Shown piece after piece: positions 1 through 10,302 of a stretch of DNA of 64,000 bases (position 1 is the first letter of the stretch; the number at the start of each line of letters is the position of its first letter). Source of the DNA: Cyanidioschyzon merolae (lineage: Eukaryota); the NCBI GenBank assembly GCA_000091205.1, contig AP006485.2; one strand, written 5' to 3'. The translations under genes and the position numbers were made by a program. Below the pieces are notes generated by a model that did no database searches, had not been told where the DNA came from, and worked only from the letters and a program-made list of their open reading frames with translations.

Positions 1-1096
1 TCAGAATGGACTTGTGCTCGACCAGCATCACTTGGCCATCGAAGGTCGTTGTCGCTTCAACGGGATCGTTCTCTGCACAGAGCACCTGGCCCGAATGAAT
101 ATCGTCTTCCTCGACGCCTTTCACAAGCAGCTTGACGTTGTCTCCGGGCTCAGCGAGCGGCACCTCCTCGGCATCCATTGTGATGCTCGTGACATGCACG
201 ACAAGTCGCGGTGGCATGAGCAGTAGCCGATCACCGCTGCGAATCGTACCGGCTTCGACTCGGCCTAGGATACAAACGCCCATATCTCGAAATCTGTCCA
301 CGACAGTCATGCGCACCGGCATATCCAGCGGCCGCGGTGGTAGTTTCAGTGCATCGAGCACTTGGAGCAGCGATCCGCCTTTGTACCATGCACACGTGCT
401 TGGATGAACCGGTTCGCGCAAATTCTCACCTGTGAAGCCGCTGACAGGTACCCAGCTGACCTCCTGCGGCCGATATCCAATCTGCTTCAGGAAGGGTGCC
501 AGTTTGTCGCATATCTCCCGAAAGCGCTCCTCGCTCCACTGCACGGTGGGTTCATCCATCTTGTTGATGACGACGATGAGTTGTCGCACACCAGCCGTTT
601 TTGCGAGCATAGCGTGCTCGCGGGTCTGTCCGCCTCGTTCGAAGCCGGCCTCGAACTCTCCCTTGCGGGCCGAAATCACCAGTATAGCCACATCAGCTTG
701 TCCGGTGCCTGAGATCATCGCCGGCACATAGGCCTTGTGGCCAGGCGCATCAATAATCGTGATATGTTTCGTTGCGGTTCGGAATGAAGCTACGCCATAA
801 TCCGTGGTTTTTCCTTTGCTTCGTTCCTGTTCGGTGAGATCGAGCGCCCAAGCGAACTTCCATGACTCGCGACCTTTGCTCTTCGCCTCCTTTTCGTATT
901 TCTCCAACGTGCGCTCGTCGAGGTTGCCAGTCAGGTAGAGCAGGTGGCCGCACAGTGTCGACTTGCCGGCGTCTACGTGTCCGATGAACACAATGTTCAA
1001 GTTTCGGACCCGTTCTGGTGACTCGGATCCTGGTCCTCTGCCGTTGTCGTCGAGGTGCAGCTCCTGCACACGCTCCGCAACTTGAGACGCTGCCAT
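1..1096 (-). CDS. eRF3/HBS1-family translational GTPase (EF-1alpha-like, closest to eRF3); 3' end runs off window
   Basis: Reverse-strand translation from ATG at 1096 reads MAASQVAERVQELHLDDNGRGPGSESPERVRNLNIVFIGHVDAGKSTLCGHLLYLTG...SWKFAWALDLTEQERSKGKT...IIDAPGHKAYVPAMISG...ISARKGEFEAGFERGGQTREHAMLAKTAGV...INKMD, open through position 1. G1/G3/G4 motifs and the GQTREHAMLAKTAGV block match eRF3/GSPT. Not in the ORF track because it has no downstream stop inside the window. Confidence 0.8.
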   Translation of the reverse strand, partial: MAASQVAERVQELHLDDNGRGPGSESPERVRNLNIVFIGHVDAGKSTLCGHLLYLTGNLDERTLEKYEKEAKSKGRESWKFAWALDLTEQERSKGKTTDYGVASFRTATKHITIIDAPGHKAYVPAMISGTGQADVAILVISARKGEFEAGFERGGQTREHAMLAKTAGVRQLIVVINKMDEPTVQWSEERFREICDKLAPFLKQIGYRPQEVSWVPVSGFTGENLREPVHPSTCAWYKGGSLLQVLDALKLPPRPLDMPVRMTVVDRFRDMGVCILGRVEAGTIRSGDRLLLMPPRLVVHVTSITMDAEEVPLAEPGDNVKLLVKGVEEDDIHSGQVLCAENDPVEATTTFDGQVMLVEHKSIL

Positions 1097-1708
1097 AGAT
1101 AGTGCCTTTGAACAAAGCTGCTCTAGTCGAACGGTCAAAATGAGAATCCCGAGCGCTATCCGTACGAGCGCTGCTCTGTGGTCCGACCACGTTCTCTTCC
1201 TTCGCTGCACGGAAGAGTGTCCGGGCACGACGCGAAGCGAGGAATGCTTAAACTTCTAAGCACGGAATTTTCGTCTATTGTAAATAGAAGAGTATTTTAT
1301 AGAGCTACAATTGCGATGTGTAGTCTGGGTTTGAACGCAAAAGCACCGCTCACAGGTGATGCCCTGAGCGAGCCAGCAAGCTCTGATGCGAGCGTCTTCT
1401 TGTTGCTCGGGTCCTCAAAGCCTTGTACTACACTAAGCGTACGTACCAAGCAGTTAGTTCTATACCTGGAGTTCCACAGCAGCGCGAAGCGCTAACAAGA
1501 CCCTGCCGGACAAGAAAGTCGCCTTAATAGGTCGCTGGACAAAGATTGTCGCCGTGGCGAGGCCGCGCGGGTACGCACTCCAACTCCCAACAAAAGCTTT
1601 TATGCCAGTCTCTGTTCAACGGCTGTGTTGCTGCGCTTAAGCCCTAACAGGGATCACTGACTCGTGATCCTGGGTAGACTCCGTTCAAGACGTACCTTGC
1701 CGTGGGGT

Positions 1709-3115
1709 ATGTTTGTGGGACTTCTCACAAGACGCAATCTACGACCCTTGCAGTCACTCGCCCGGAAACAAAGCCAGTTGGACACGTTTCGGAGCCGCAT
1801 GTCTTATTCGACTTTCTCTGGAGTGCCTGAGGCACCAAAGGACCCCATCTTAGGTCTGAATGAGCTTTTCCGTGAGGACCCTTCACCCCTTAAAGTAAAT
1901 CTGGGCGTCGGTGCGTACCGCACGGAAGAGAACAGGCCATACGTGCTCGGTGTTGTGAAACGAGTCGAACAAGAACTAGCAAATAATCCGAATACCCTGC
2001 ACGAGTATTTGCCGATCGAAGGCTTACCTGAATTTCGCTCCCTGTCAGCTCGCCTCGTATTTGGGGAGCGCTCACCGGCGCTCAAAGAGCAGCGAGTTGT
2101 CTCGCTACAAAGCCTGTCGGGAACAGGCTCGCTTCGCCTGGTCGCAGAGTTCCTCAGCAAGTTTTACCAGCGCGGCGCAGTCTGTTATCTGCCGCGCCCG
2201 ACCTGGGGGAACCACTGGAACATATTCCCAGCGGCGGGCATAAAGTGCCGCGAGTACCGGTATTACTCAGACGAGACCCATGAGGTCGACATCATCGGTC
2301 TCCTGGACGACCTAACTGCTGCACCGTCGGGCTCAATCGTGCTCCTTCACGCGTGTGCACATAATCCGACGGGAGCAGACCCTTCCATGACACAGTGGCA
2401 AGAGATCTTGGACGTCATCCGAAAGAAACAACATTTTCCGTTATTTGACTGCGCTTACCAAGGCTTCGCCTCGGGCTCTTTTGAGCGCGATGCGGCAGCT
2501 GTTCGCTTGTTTGAACGCGCTACAGTACCGGCTTCCGAAGCGGATGGTGCCAGAGAGCGACCCATGGAGATGGCGGTGACGCAGTCGTTTGCGAAAAATA
2601 TGGGACTTTACGGAGAGCGCGTCGGCGCAGCTCATATTGTCTGTGCTGCTCCGGCAGTAACGCAAGCCGTGCTCAGCCAAATGAAGCAGATAGCGCGCGG
2701 GCTCTATTCGAGTCCACCGGCACATGGTGCGACGATAGCAGCGAGAATTCTGAAAGATCGTGCGCTTTTTGCGGAATGGGAAACCGAAGTGCATGTGATG
2801 AGTAGTCGTATTCTACGCATGCGTCGTGAGCTCTTTGAGGCGCTGCATGAAAACAAAACGCCCGGAAATTGGGAGCATATTCTCTCCCAAATCGGCATGT
2901 TCAGTTTCCTGGGGCTGAGTGCGGAACAATGCCTTTATCTCCGGGAAAAGTACCATATATATATGACGACGAATGGGAGAATATCAATGGCCGGTCTCAC
3001 TTCAGACAAGGTACAGTACCTAGCGGATGCTATCAGGGATGCAGTCGTGCGTGAGGCCGAAAAGTTTGAGCATCAATCCGGCATTCAAGCTGCGCTAAAC
3101 AGCGGTAAGATATAA
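1709..3115 (+). CDS. aspartate aminotransferase (class I aminotransferase) with ~30-aa Arg-rich presequence
   Basis: Track ORF 1664..3115 starts at GTG; the first in-frame ATG is at 1709 (MFVGLLTRRNLRPLQSLARKQSQLDTFRSR), followed by MSYSTFSGVPEAPKDPILGLNELF...GVGAYRTEENRPYVL...SFAKNMGLYGERVGA, which are hallmark AAT blocks. Continuous ORF with no intron. An alternative start is the ATG at 1799 (cytosolic-type). Confidence 0.9.
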   Translation: MFVGLLTRRNLRPLQSLARKQSQLDTFRSRMSYSTFSGVPEAPKDPILGLNELFREDPSPLKVNLGVGAYRTEENRPYVLGVVKRVEQELANNPNTLHEYLPIEGLPEFRSLSARLVFGERSPALKEQRVVSLQSLSGTGSLRLVAEFLSKFYQRGAVCYLPRPTWGNHWNIFPAAGIKCREYRYYSDETHEVDIIGLLDDLTAAPSGSIVLLHACAHNPTGADPSMTQWQEILDVIRKKQHFPLFDCAYQGFASGSFERDAAAVRLFERATVPASEADGARERPMEMAVTQSFAKNMGLYGERVGAAHIVCAAPAVTQAVLSQMKQIARGLYSSPPAHGATIAARILKDRALFAEWETEVHVMSSRILRMRRELFEALHENKTPGNWEHILSQIGMFSFLGLSAEQCLYLREKYHIYMTTNGRISMAGLTSDKVQYLADAIRDAVVREAEKFEHQSGIQAALNSGKI

Positions 3116-4555
3116 GAGATAAATTTTGGCGGAGTACACACTGGTTTGGTGTTTTGCCACACGGCAACGGAACGAAGCACCGTTCCCGTCACGTCCAGCT
3201 AGACCGATCATCAGGTGCCGTGGAGCCATGATTCGTGAACGGATGCGTCGGTTTTGGTTGCCAGCGTCTACAGCAAAGGCGCGTAACGACGCGAGCGAGA
3301 GCGTCGACCCTGCATCCCGTGTGTGCACGGGACGTCGCGCGCATCTCAGGTGCCCTGTGGCAGCGAGTACCATGTAGTCAACCCCGAGGACTTGCTCCAT
3401 AGATCCTAGCCGGTAACGAATACTGCAGTTAGCGCCTTGCGTGGACCACAGCTCGCGTCTGGGAGAAAAAATCTTTCATGAAAGGTGGTCACAGAAACTA
3501 GACGCTGGTGAGCTTTCTGAATAGTCCACGCCTTTCTTTCATAGAATAGATGCTTCCAGAGAAGCGAATGACTTCTTTTGCTTGCATGCCACCAACAGAG
3601 TTCAATGGATTTTTCGTATGTTTGCAGTGAATCATTACCAACACCAGCGAAAGCACCGCGAGCATCACCATCATCACCCATATTGTAATTATCATCATCA
3701 TCATCATCACCATTAGCAGCAGCAGCAGCATGCACCTTCATTGCAACCAAGGGTGCCCATTGCCTCCAACAGAGCTGCCATTTCTTGCACAGCATGCGTG
3801 ACGCGCATGCGTGGCGGCGCAGCGCTGGCGGATCAGTTGCACGCATGCGATGCGCCATATCGTCGTCAGGGCCCTACATCTCCATCATGGACAAAAAGGT
3901 AAAGCGATACAGTCCAACACCTCCGTCAAGAACAAAAAAGAACGTAAGAATGTGCTGAGCGTTGATGGACGCTCGGTCCGATACCGATGACAATCACGAT
4001 ATCAGGGATCGATGGTCAATGGAAACCTTTTGACATCAGAAAAAAATTGCCTCATCGCCGATTGCGGTGTCGATCGACATCCACTTGTCTTTTTTTTCAA
4101 GATATATACATTTATGTCTAGATAGAAAGTGGCGTTCAGCGGCCGCGTAGCAGGGCGTGCACGCGCGCGCCGGCGCATCCACTCCCGTCGCAGCGATGCA
4201 TCGACGCTGCGGCGCGATGGACGGCATCGCTCGAGAAGCGTCAGTTAAGCGCCGGCTAAGTCCACTGGGCGCTCTGGACCTGAACGCTTCTATGGTCTTT
4301 GTGCCGATCACATCGGTTCAAGAGGCAAAGCATATTTTTCGTCATAGAAATAGCAGATCAACGAGTCAACTTTGTGCTTGTCGGTTCGCCTTGGCTCGGG
4401 CTTTCGTGTCTACGCAAGATAAAACGTGCTTTGTACCTGGTAGACCGTGTGTGCTCAAGGAAAAGTCAGCGCACACCGGCACTCTGAGACGCTCTCGGTT
4501 ACAGCGGGGGTTCTGTTGCGCTCAGGTCGAAGCAACAACGGTACATTCTGATTCG

Positions 4556-6205
4556 ATGAGGAAAACGAACTCAACTTCAGTCATGGGGAACGGCGCTGTC
4601 GGGGCGCTGACGGGGAGAGTTCTCGTTCCCGAGAAGCTCGACAGCGACGGCGTAGCGCTGCTCGAGAGAGCCGGTCTGGAAGTAGTGTGCAAGTACGACT
4701 TGACAGAAGATGAGTTAAGCGCTGTTCTTGGTGACTTTGACGCACTGATCGTTCGATCCGGTACCAAAGTGACGCGTTCCCTTCTCGAGAAAGCGAACGC
4801 TACGCGTCTGCGTGTCATCGGACGGGCCGGCGTTGGTGTCGATAATATCGACCTGGCGGCAGCCTCCGAACGGGGAATCGTTGTTGTGAACGCACCTACG
4901 GGCAACTGTATTGCTGCTGCTGAGCATACGGTTGCGTTGCTTCTGGCGCTGGCCCGCAACATTGCCGCCGCGGACGCTACAATCAAAGGTGATCAGTGGA
5001 ATCGGAATAAATTTGTAGGCGTTTCCCTTGTGGATAAGACCCTTGGTGTATGTGGTTTTGGAAGAATTGGTCGAGAGGTTGCACGTCGCTGTCGGGCGCT
5101 GGGAATGCGTATATTGGCCTACGATCCCTACTGTGCTGTCGAGGTGACACGCGCCGTCGGTGCCGAGCTCTGCAGCTCCCTCGATGAACTTCTTCGTGTT
5201 TCAGACTTTGTTACCGTGCACATGCCCCTGACAGAGTCCACGGAAAATATGATCGATCGGAATGCGCTCTCTAAGTGCAAGGATGGAGTGCGGATTCTGA
5301 ACGTCGCCCGCGGCGGCATCGTCGACGAGGTCGCTCTGTTGGAGGCGCTGGAATCCGGCAAAGTCGCAGGAGCCGCGTTAGACGTTTTTGTTCAGGAGCC
5401 TCCACACAAATATCCCGGAAGTCCATCAGAGAAGGTTGCGAAACATCCCCGGGTGGTCGCGACACCGCACCTGGGAGCCAGCACTGTCGAGGCACAACTC
5501 GATGTGGCCCTTGAAGTAGCCGAGGCGGTCATCACAGCGCTGCGGGGTGACTTTGCGCCAACAACAGTGAATGCTCCATCGCTTCCTTCGGAGATGCTTT
5601 CGACTTTGAAGCCAGTTGCCGAGCTCGCAAAGGACTTGGGAAAGTTGGCGGCTGCCTTTAGTGACCGCATTCACGAAGTGAGCATCACATACGCCTTTCG
5701 TGATGCTGAGAAGCGGAATGCCACTCGCTTTCTGCGCGCTTCTGTGCTTCAAGGCCTCCTTGGGCAGACCTCGGCAGTGCCGATCAATTACGTGAACGCA
5801 GATGTGGTTGCGGAGCGTCGAGGCATCACCTGGACGGAGGTTTTACTCTCCAGCATCGAAACCAGCGATGCAGAGTTTCTGCGTTTGGAAGTGAATCGCC
5901 ATGTCTACGAAGGCCGTGTAACTTCGGGGATGCCTCGGGTAACGCGCATCGACAATTTCGATATTGACATTTGCCTGAACGGCCGTGTACTCGCGTACGA
6001 ACAAATCGATCGACCGGGCATGATCGGTCTCGTAGGCTCTATTCTAGGTGATGCTGGAGTGAACATCAGCTTCATGACACTAGGTCGCGATGACAAAGTC
6101 GGACGGGCGCTGGTCCTCCTCGGGGTGGACTCAGAGCCGGAACCGTCAACGCTCGATGCCATCGCATCCAAAATTGGGTATCGTCCGCGAATGATGTTCT
6201 TCTGA
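4556..6205 (+). CDS. D-3-phosphoglycerate dehydrogenase (2-hydroxyacid dehydrogenase plus C-terminal ACT domain); the ORF is open from 4157, so an N-terminal extension is possible
   Basis: VLVPEKLDSDGVALLE...GRAGVGVDNIDLAAASERGIVVVNAP...GFGRIGREVARRCRALGMRILAYDPY...ATPHLGASTVEAQ, plus a C-terminal ACT-like MIGLVGSILGDAGVNISFMTLGR. The track start at 4157 is GTG; in-frame ATGs lie at 4196, 4217, 4556 and 4583. The enzyme core begins near 4600. The upstream 120 codons are Ser/Arg-rich and low in acidic residues, so they could be an organellar transit peptide. Confidence 0.9.
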   Translation: MRKTNSTSVMGNGAVGALTGRVLVPEKLDSDGVALLERAGLEVVCKYDLTEDELSAVLGDFDALIVRSGTKVTRSLLEKANATRLRVIGRAGVGVDNIDLAAASERGIVVVNAPTGNCIAAAEHTVALLLALARNIAAADATIKGDQWNRNKFVGVSLVDKTLGVCGFGRIGREVARRCRALGMRILAYDPYCAVEVTRAVGAELCSSLDELLRVSDFVTVHMPLTESTENMIDRNALSKCKDGVRILNVARGGIVDEVALLEALESGKVAGAALDVFVQEPPHKYPGSPSEKVAKHPRVVATPHLGASTVEAQLDVALEVAEAVITALRGDFAPTTVNAPSLPSEMLSTLKPVAELAKDLGKLAAAFSDRIHEVSITYAFRDAEKRNATRFLRASVLQGLLGQTSAVPINYVNADVVAERRGITWTEVLLSSIETSDAEFLRLEVNRHVYEGRVTSGMPRVTRIDNFDIDICLNGRVLAYEQIDRPGMIGLVGSILGDAGVNISFMTLGRDDKVGRALVLLGVDSEPEPSTLDAIASKIGYRPRMMFF

Positions 6206-7099
6206 GGTGTTGTATACGTTGCAAAAGATGTAAGTGATGTACCATAGAAGCCGAGATGATCGCCGATTACAAACAAGGGTGTTCCAAACCCAAGGCGATC
6301 ACAAATCGAGATACGATCCATGAATCCAAGGCGAGCTCCATCGTAAATGCACCCGTTTTACAAGTTCATGTACTGGTCGCTCTTGCATTCGCGTGGTGTC
6401 CGAATGCTCTATATTGAGCAACTGCTTTCCTTTCTCTATAATGTTGGAAATGCCTGGATGACCAGATGCTCTGGGTTGCACGGCTGCTGTCGGTAACCGG
6501 TGAGCAGACGCTTGGCCTGGAAGGTGAGCGCTGCGGCCTCGGTGGCAGCGGAGCGCGTTCGCAGGTACAGTGCGAGCCCAGTTGCAAAGAATTCCAGGTT
6601 TTCTTCATGGGAGTCCGATGATCCTAATCGCATTTCCCCCGGTAACGCTCACACTACTGGAACATACGCAGCGGAGCGCCCGCACCGACGGTTCGTCGAC
6701 ATCGTCTTCCAATCAACGACGAGTCTTCAATTTGTCTGCTTTATTTGGGCAAGCAGCCTACCTCTTTCTCGCTAAACATGCTATTAAGAAGTATGCACGT
6801 TGACTTGTCGATCAAAACGACCTGGTTAAAACAACACCCAACCTATTTATGAAAGATGCGAAGCGTTCCGGCACCCGCCGTAAACCGCCAGCCCGGTGAC
6901 CAGCTTCGCTTGCATGGCACCCCCGGTACCAAGACCTTGACTCGACGAGTTCCTACGCCGCATCCCGAGCACCCAGAACGTGCCCTGATCGGTAGCCAGT
7001 GCCTGAGCAGCGACGGAATACACTTGGCACAGCTCCAAACAATCCAAAAGACGAGTCCAGTGCCCGGGGTGCTGCTTCTACGCCTCAGCGCGAACCGCT

Positions 7100-8488
7100 C
7101 TACTTCTGCAAGTCGATACGGCTATAGCGCGCTCCTAATCGTGTGGCTTTCTGATAGAGATCCGCAAAAGCATTCCCGAACCCCTTATCTCCCAAGTTGC
7201 CCAGAGTGTCTACCGCTTTCGTTGCGTCTGCATCTGCAGCGATTGAGAATTCTGTTGCATTCTGTGCTTCGTGCCGATGCAGGCGGCTTGCAAGTTCTCG
7301 CAGAAAACGAGTGCTGAAGCGGTCCTTGCCGAGCGTCAACGAACGCACGGAGGTGTTCACGGCCACTGTCCTCGAGGCAGCAGGATCGCTGCGCGCTCGA
7401 CCGTACGTTACGGTGGCGATGTCCTCTGAGAGAATCGGCCCTGTTGACGAGGAACGCTCACCTCGGGCGGCAGTGCCTCGTGACGGGGCGGACGACCCCA
7501 GCGACTCTTCGAGACGCCTCAGTTCGCCAAGCGCTCCGATTATAAGGAGGCCTGCACGCGTTTGCTGCTCCCTATCATTCCTGGACACAAGGCCGGATCG
7601 CGTCAGAAGCACGCGCATGTCTTCTAGTCCCAGAGCGGCGTCGTTGTCGCTGGCATTGTCCTCGATGCCGTGCAGGAAGCGCCAGTAAGCCGGAACATCC
7701 TGAAGACGCTGCCAAACGAGTTGTTGTCTTTCTGCCGGTGCGTCCTCTCTGCCGTTCTGGACGCGTAATCGCGGACCTCCAGTAAGCTCCATTGCCACGA
7801 CGCCAGCGTAGGCTATGGTATCGGCCCAGGATACCTCTTTTATGAAAGGACGAATAGGCTCCAATGCCTTCAGCGCTTCTTGTAACCCCGATAGACCAGG
7901 TGCGCTGGCAGTCTTCCTAGGGCCGTTCTCTTGCAGCTTCGCCAAAACGTATCGAATAGAGGCGTTGCTACCCCCGACCTGGGTACTTTCGTCGAAGGTG
8001 AAGGCATCGGCAAGCGCCAAGCGTACGAAAGGTTCCAATAAGTGCGGCGACTGGGATAGAACGTTTCTTAAGTTCTGTTTCAGCCGGTTCAGGGTTGAAA
8101 CTCTGATTTCCTTATCTCCGTACCGGTTGACATCAAAGTCCACAAACGCGTGGGCAATCGGAAGCTGTCCGTCCCGAAGCGTCTCGGTTTGCGCGAGAAG
8201 GCAACCAGTGGAGAGCGCAAGCAGCGTGCGCAGGAACGCACGTCGAGAGGGCTCTACTGCAGACCGCCAACACAGACGCTGCGTTTGACGAGTGCCCGTG
8301 AAACGAAGCCGACTCGCACGCCATAGACGTATGCTATTCCGTCCAGTGCCTTGACCAAAGCTTGCTGATGAAGAACCGGTACGGGTCCAGTTACCACATG
8401 TGAACGCAAACGCCGGTTCCTGTGTCCGAAAAAGTGCCTCTTGGTGGCTCACGGCTGACGAGCACTCGAGCGGCGAGGCCTTCTCCAT
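7100..8488 (-). CDS. class-I (APX/CCP-type) peroxidase-fold protein lacking the distal and proximal His; N-terminal region carries a twin-arginine (Tat-like) motif; TL29/APX4-like
   Basis: ATG at 8488 verified. Core ...FVRLALADAFTFDESTQVGGSNASIRYV...LQEALKALEPIRPFIKEVSWADTIAYAGVVAMELTGGPRLRVQNGREDAP... aligns to the APX/CCP blocks (RLAWH.AGT..GG..G; L.P....P.IS.AD...AGV.AVE..GGP.....GR.D). It reads RLALAD instead of RLAWHS and LLTRSGLVS instead of LSGGHTLG. N-term has SRRAFLRTLLALSTGCLLA (S-R-R-x-F-L-K-like plus a hydrophobic stretch) after an S/T-rich region. Confidence 0.6.
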   Translation of the reverse strand: MEKASPLECSSAVSHQEALFRTQEPAFAFTCGNWTRTGSSSASFGQGTGRNSIRLWRASRLRFTGTRQTQRLCWRSAVEPSRRAFLRTLLALSTGCLLAQTETLRDGQLPIAHAFVDFDVNRYGDKEIRVSTLNRLKQNLRNVLSQSPHLLEPFVRLALADAFTFDESTQVGGSNASIRYVLAKLQENGPRKTASAPGLSGLQEALKALEPIRPFIKEVSWADTIAYAGVVAMELTGGPRLRVQNGREDAPAERQQLVWQRLQDVPAYWRFLHGIEDNASDNDAALGLEDMRVLLTRSGLVSRNDREQQTRAGLLIIGALGELRRLEESLGSSAPSRGTAARGERSSSTGPILSEDIATVTYGRARSDPAASRTVAVNTSVRSLTLGKDRFSTRFLRELASRLHRHEAQNATEFSIAADADATKAVDTLGNLGDKGFGNAFADLYQKATRLGARYSRIDLQK

Positions 8489-8958
8489 AGACTCGAACAG
8501 CTCACTCCTTCAGAAGCGACCTGTAGTACCGAACCCTGCCCTGGTTCACTGGTGAAAGAGCACCGCTGTTCCAGAATACCTGAAGGCGCCGCTGCGAAAA
8601 GCGTTCGATGTTGCGTGGTATGCAGTGAACGGCGCGCTCGAGTTCTACAGTGTGTCTGCCGCTTAGCCGCGGTGCAGCGTATGCTCCATAGCGCTCATAC
8701 TTCGCCCAGTATACTTGTAGGAGGTTCAACTGAACCGACCAAGACGCCCTTAACCGGCTGACGTATTCGAAAGCGTTTCCGAGCGTTGCTCCAGAGGTCA
8801 GAGTTGGCTACTGCAGGCTGCGTTGCGATCTGGAAGCAGGGCTGCTTCCAGGTGCCCGAGCTCTTGTGCTTCATTATCTAGCAAGAGCCTTCACTCCGAC
8901 GCATCTTCTACTGTCAAGTAGCTCTGGGGTTTTTGGCAACTGTAGTGCCTCTGTGTCG

Positions 8959-10105
8959 CATGGCGCCTACTGGCTCTCCAAACGAAGTGTGCGCGGGCCT
9001 ACTCGCAGTGCCAAGAACGTTGCCAACGATACCGATAGCGCAAATAGAGCCATTCGAGCTGCCAGGGTTCCGCGTGGGTACCCTGGACTCCCTGCTCGCT
9101 TTATCGGAGACGCTTTGCCGCCACGACAGCGCAGCGTCTCAACTGGCCGTGAAGATCGCGCAGGAGTTCCCAGCCGAGTTCTCGTTATCCACTGATGGCT
9201 TGAGGGTACCACTGCGTGCATACTGTCCCTTCCGCTGGAATCAAGCCAAATACGGCTCAGTCGAACAGTGTCCACTAGCGCAACTATTTCAGTTCGTCTG
9301 GCGACAGGTAGAAGAGCTCGAACAGGGTTTTCGCACCCGCCACGAGCAGTACGCCGCAGCGAAACAGAACTGGCAAGCACTGGAACAAGCTTACTCGGGT
9401 GGACTGAGCTATCGACCGCTGTCAAGTATCGTTAGACCCGAGCAGATACTCGAAACAGAGCACCTCCTGACGGTGTTTCTCCTGCTCAAGGCCCGGGACG
9501 AGGATACGTTTCTGCGCACGTACGAAAGCTCAACACCGCATGTGGTGCCCCGCAGCGCAACCCTGCTTGCCCGCGACGATGAAGAAGTGCTGTATAGCGT
9601 AGTCGTATTCCGAAAAGGCCTCACGGAGTTTGTTCGAGCTGCGCGAGAACGTCGCTATCAAGTACGAGAGTACCAATCTGAGGCAGATTCCACACAGGGC
9701 AGCCTCGAGGAACGGCTTGCAAAGGCACGAATACACTGGCAGCAGCTTGGTCATGCATTCCGGGAATGGATAACAGAAGCGTATGCGGAGTGCATCGACG
9801 CGCTCGTTCACTTGAAGGTGCTGCGTCTGTTCGTAGAGGGTGTTCTTCGGTACGGAGTTCCGGTCTCCTTCGCCGCTGGATGGATTTTGTATGATCGTTC
9901 GAAGATACAAAAAATCCGAAAGACGCTCCAGCAAGCGCTACACACACCCGAGCATCGACAGATTCTGCGACATGTATACCGCGAAGCCGGCGAACAGATA
10001 GAGATGCCGTCGATTCCTGGGCTCTCAGCAGCAGATATGGAACTGCCATACGACGAGGATGCTTTCGTGTGGCTCCCAGTGGACGATGCGATTTTTCGGC
10101 AGTAG
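8959..10105 (+). CDS. V-type H+-ATPase subunit C (Vma5 family)
   Basis: Track start 8933 is TTG; first ATG is 8959. FELPGFRVGTLDSLLALSETL, FRWNQAKYG, VVPRSATLL and VLRLFVEGVLRYGVPVSF match conserved subunit-C blocks (NIP.LRVGTLDSLLALGDDL; F.WD.AKYP; VVPRS; ALRVFVESVLRYGLP). Confidence 0.85.
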
Positions 10106-10302
10106 ACGATCCTATGCCTGAGATGCCTTACGCCAAGCGGGGAGCATCCTTTTAGTTGCAGTGTCGCGCTTTGTCGAAGGCGAGGAGCATTGGACGGCGT
10201 ACTTTTCAGGTTCGGTGGTACGCGAGCATTCCGCTGCATTGCATCTTCTACATTCGTGTTCGAATAAAATGGGACGGACCCTGAACCTGGGCGTAAACGC
10301 TG

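Noticed and set aside
1664-3115. Taking the ORF-track 'M' start codons at face value (for example 1664, 4157, 8933, 27007, 32559, 37684, 41883, 41981, 55440)
   Set aside because: Checking the DNA shows these first codons are GTG/TTG/CTG. The track appears to translate alternative bacterial start codons as M. For a eukaryotic nuclear gene I moved starts to the first in-frame ATG where one exists. For RF2 none exists, which became a finding.
3406-3858. 150-aa minus-strand ORF containing DDDDDD between AAT and PHGDH
   Set aside because: It is driven by (ATC)n/(AGC)n microsatellites at 3650..3730, has no start-context or domain support, and sits in a short intergenic region.
8940-8990. A-Y-W-L-S in the alternate frame at the V-ATPase subunit C 5' end, resembling the conserved N-terminal YW[LV][IV]S motif, which would suggest a frameshift
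   Set aside because: Continuing that frame gives no further similarity and hits a stop after ~60 codons. The ATG frame gives correct spacing to the strongly conserved FRVGTLDSLLALS block. Treated as coincidence.
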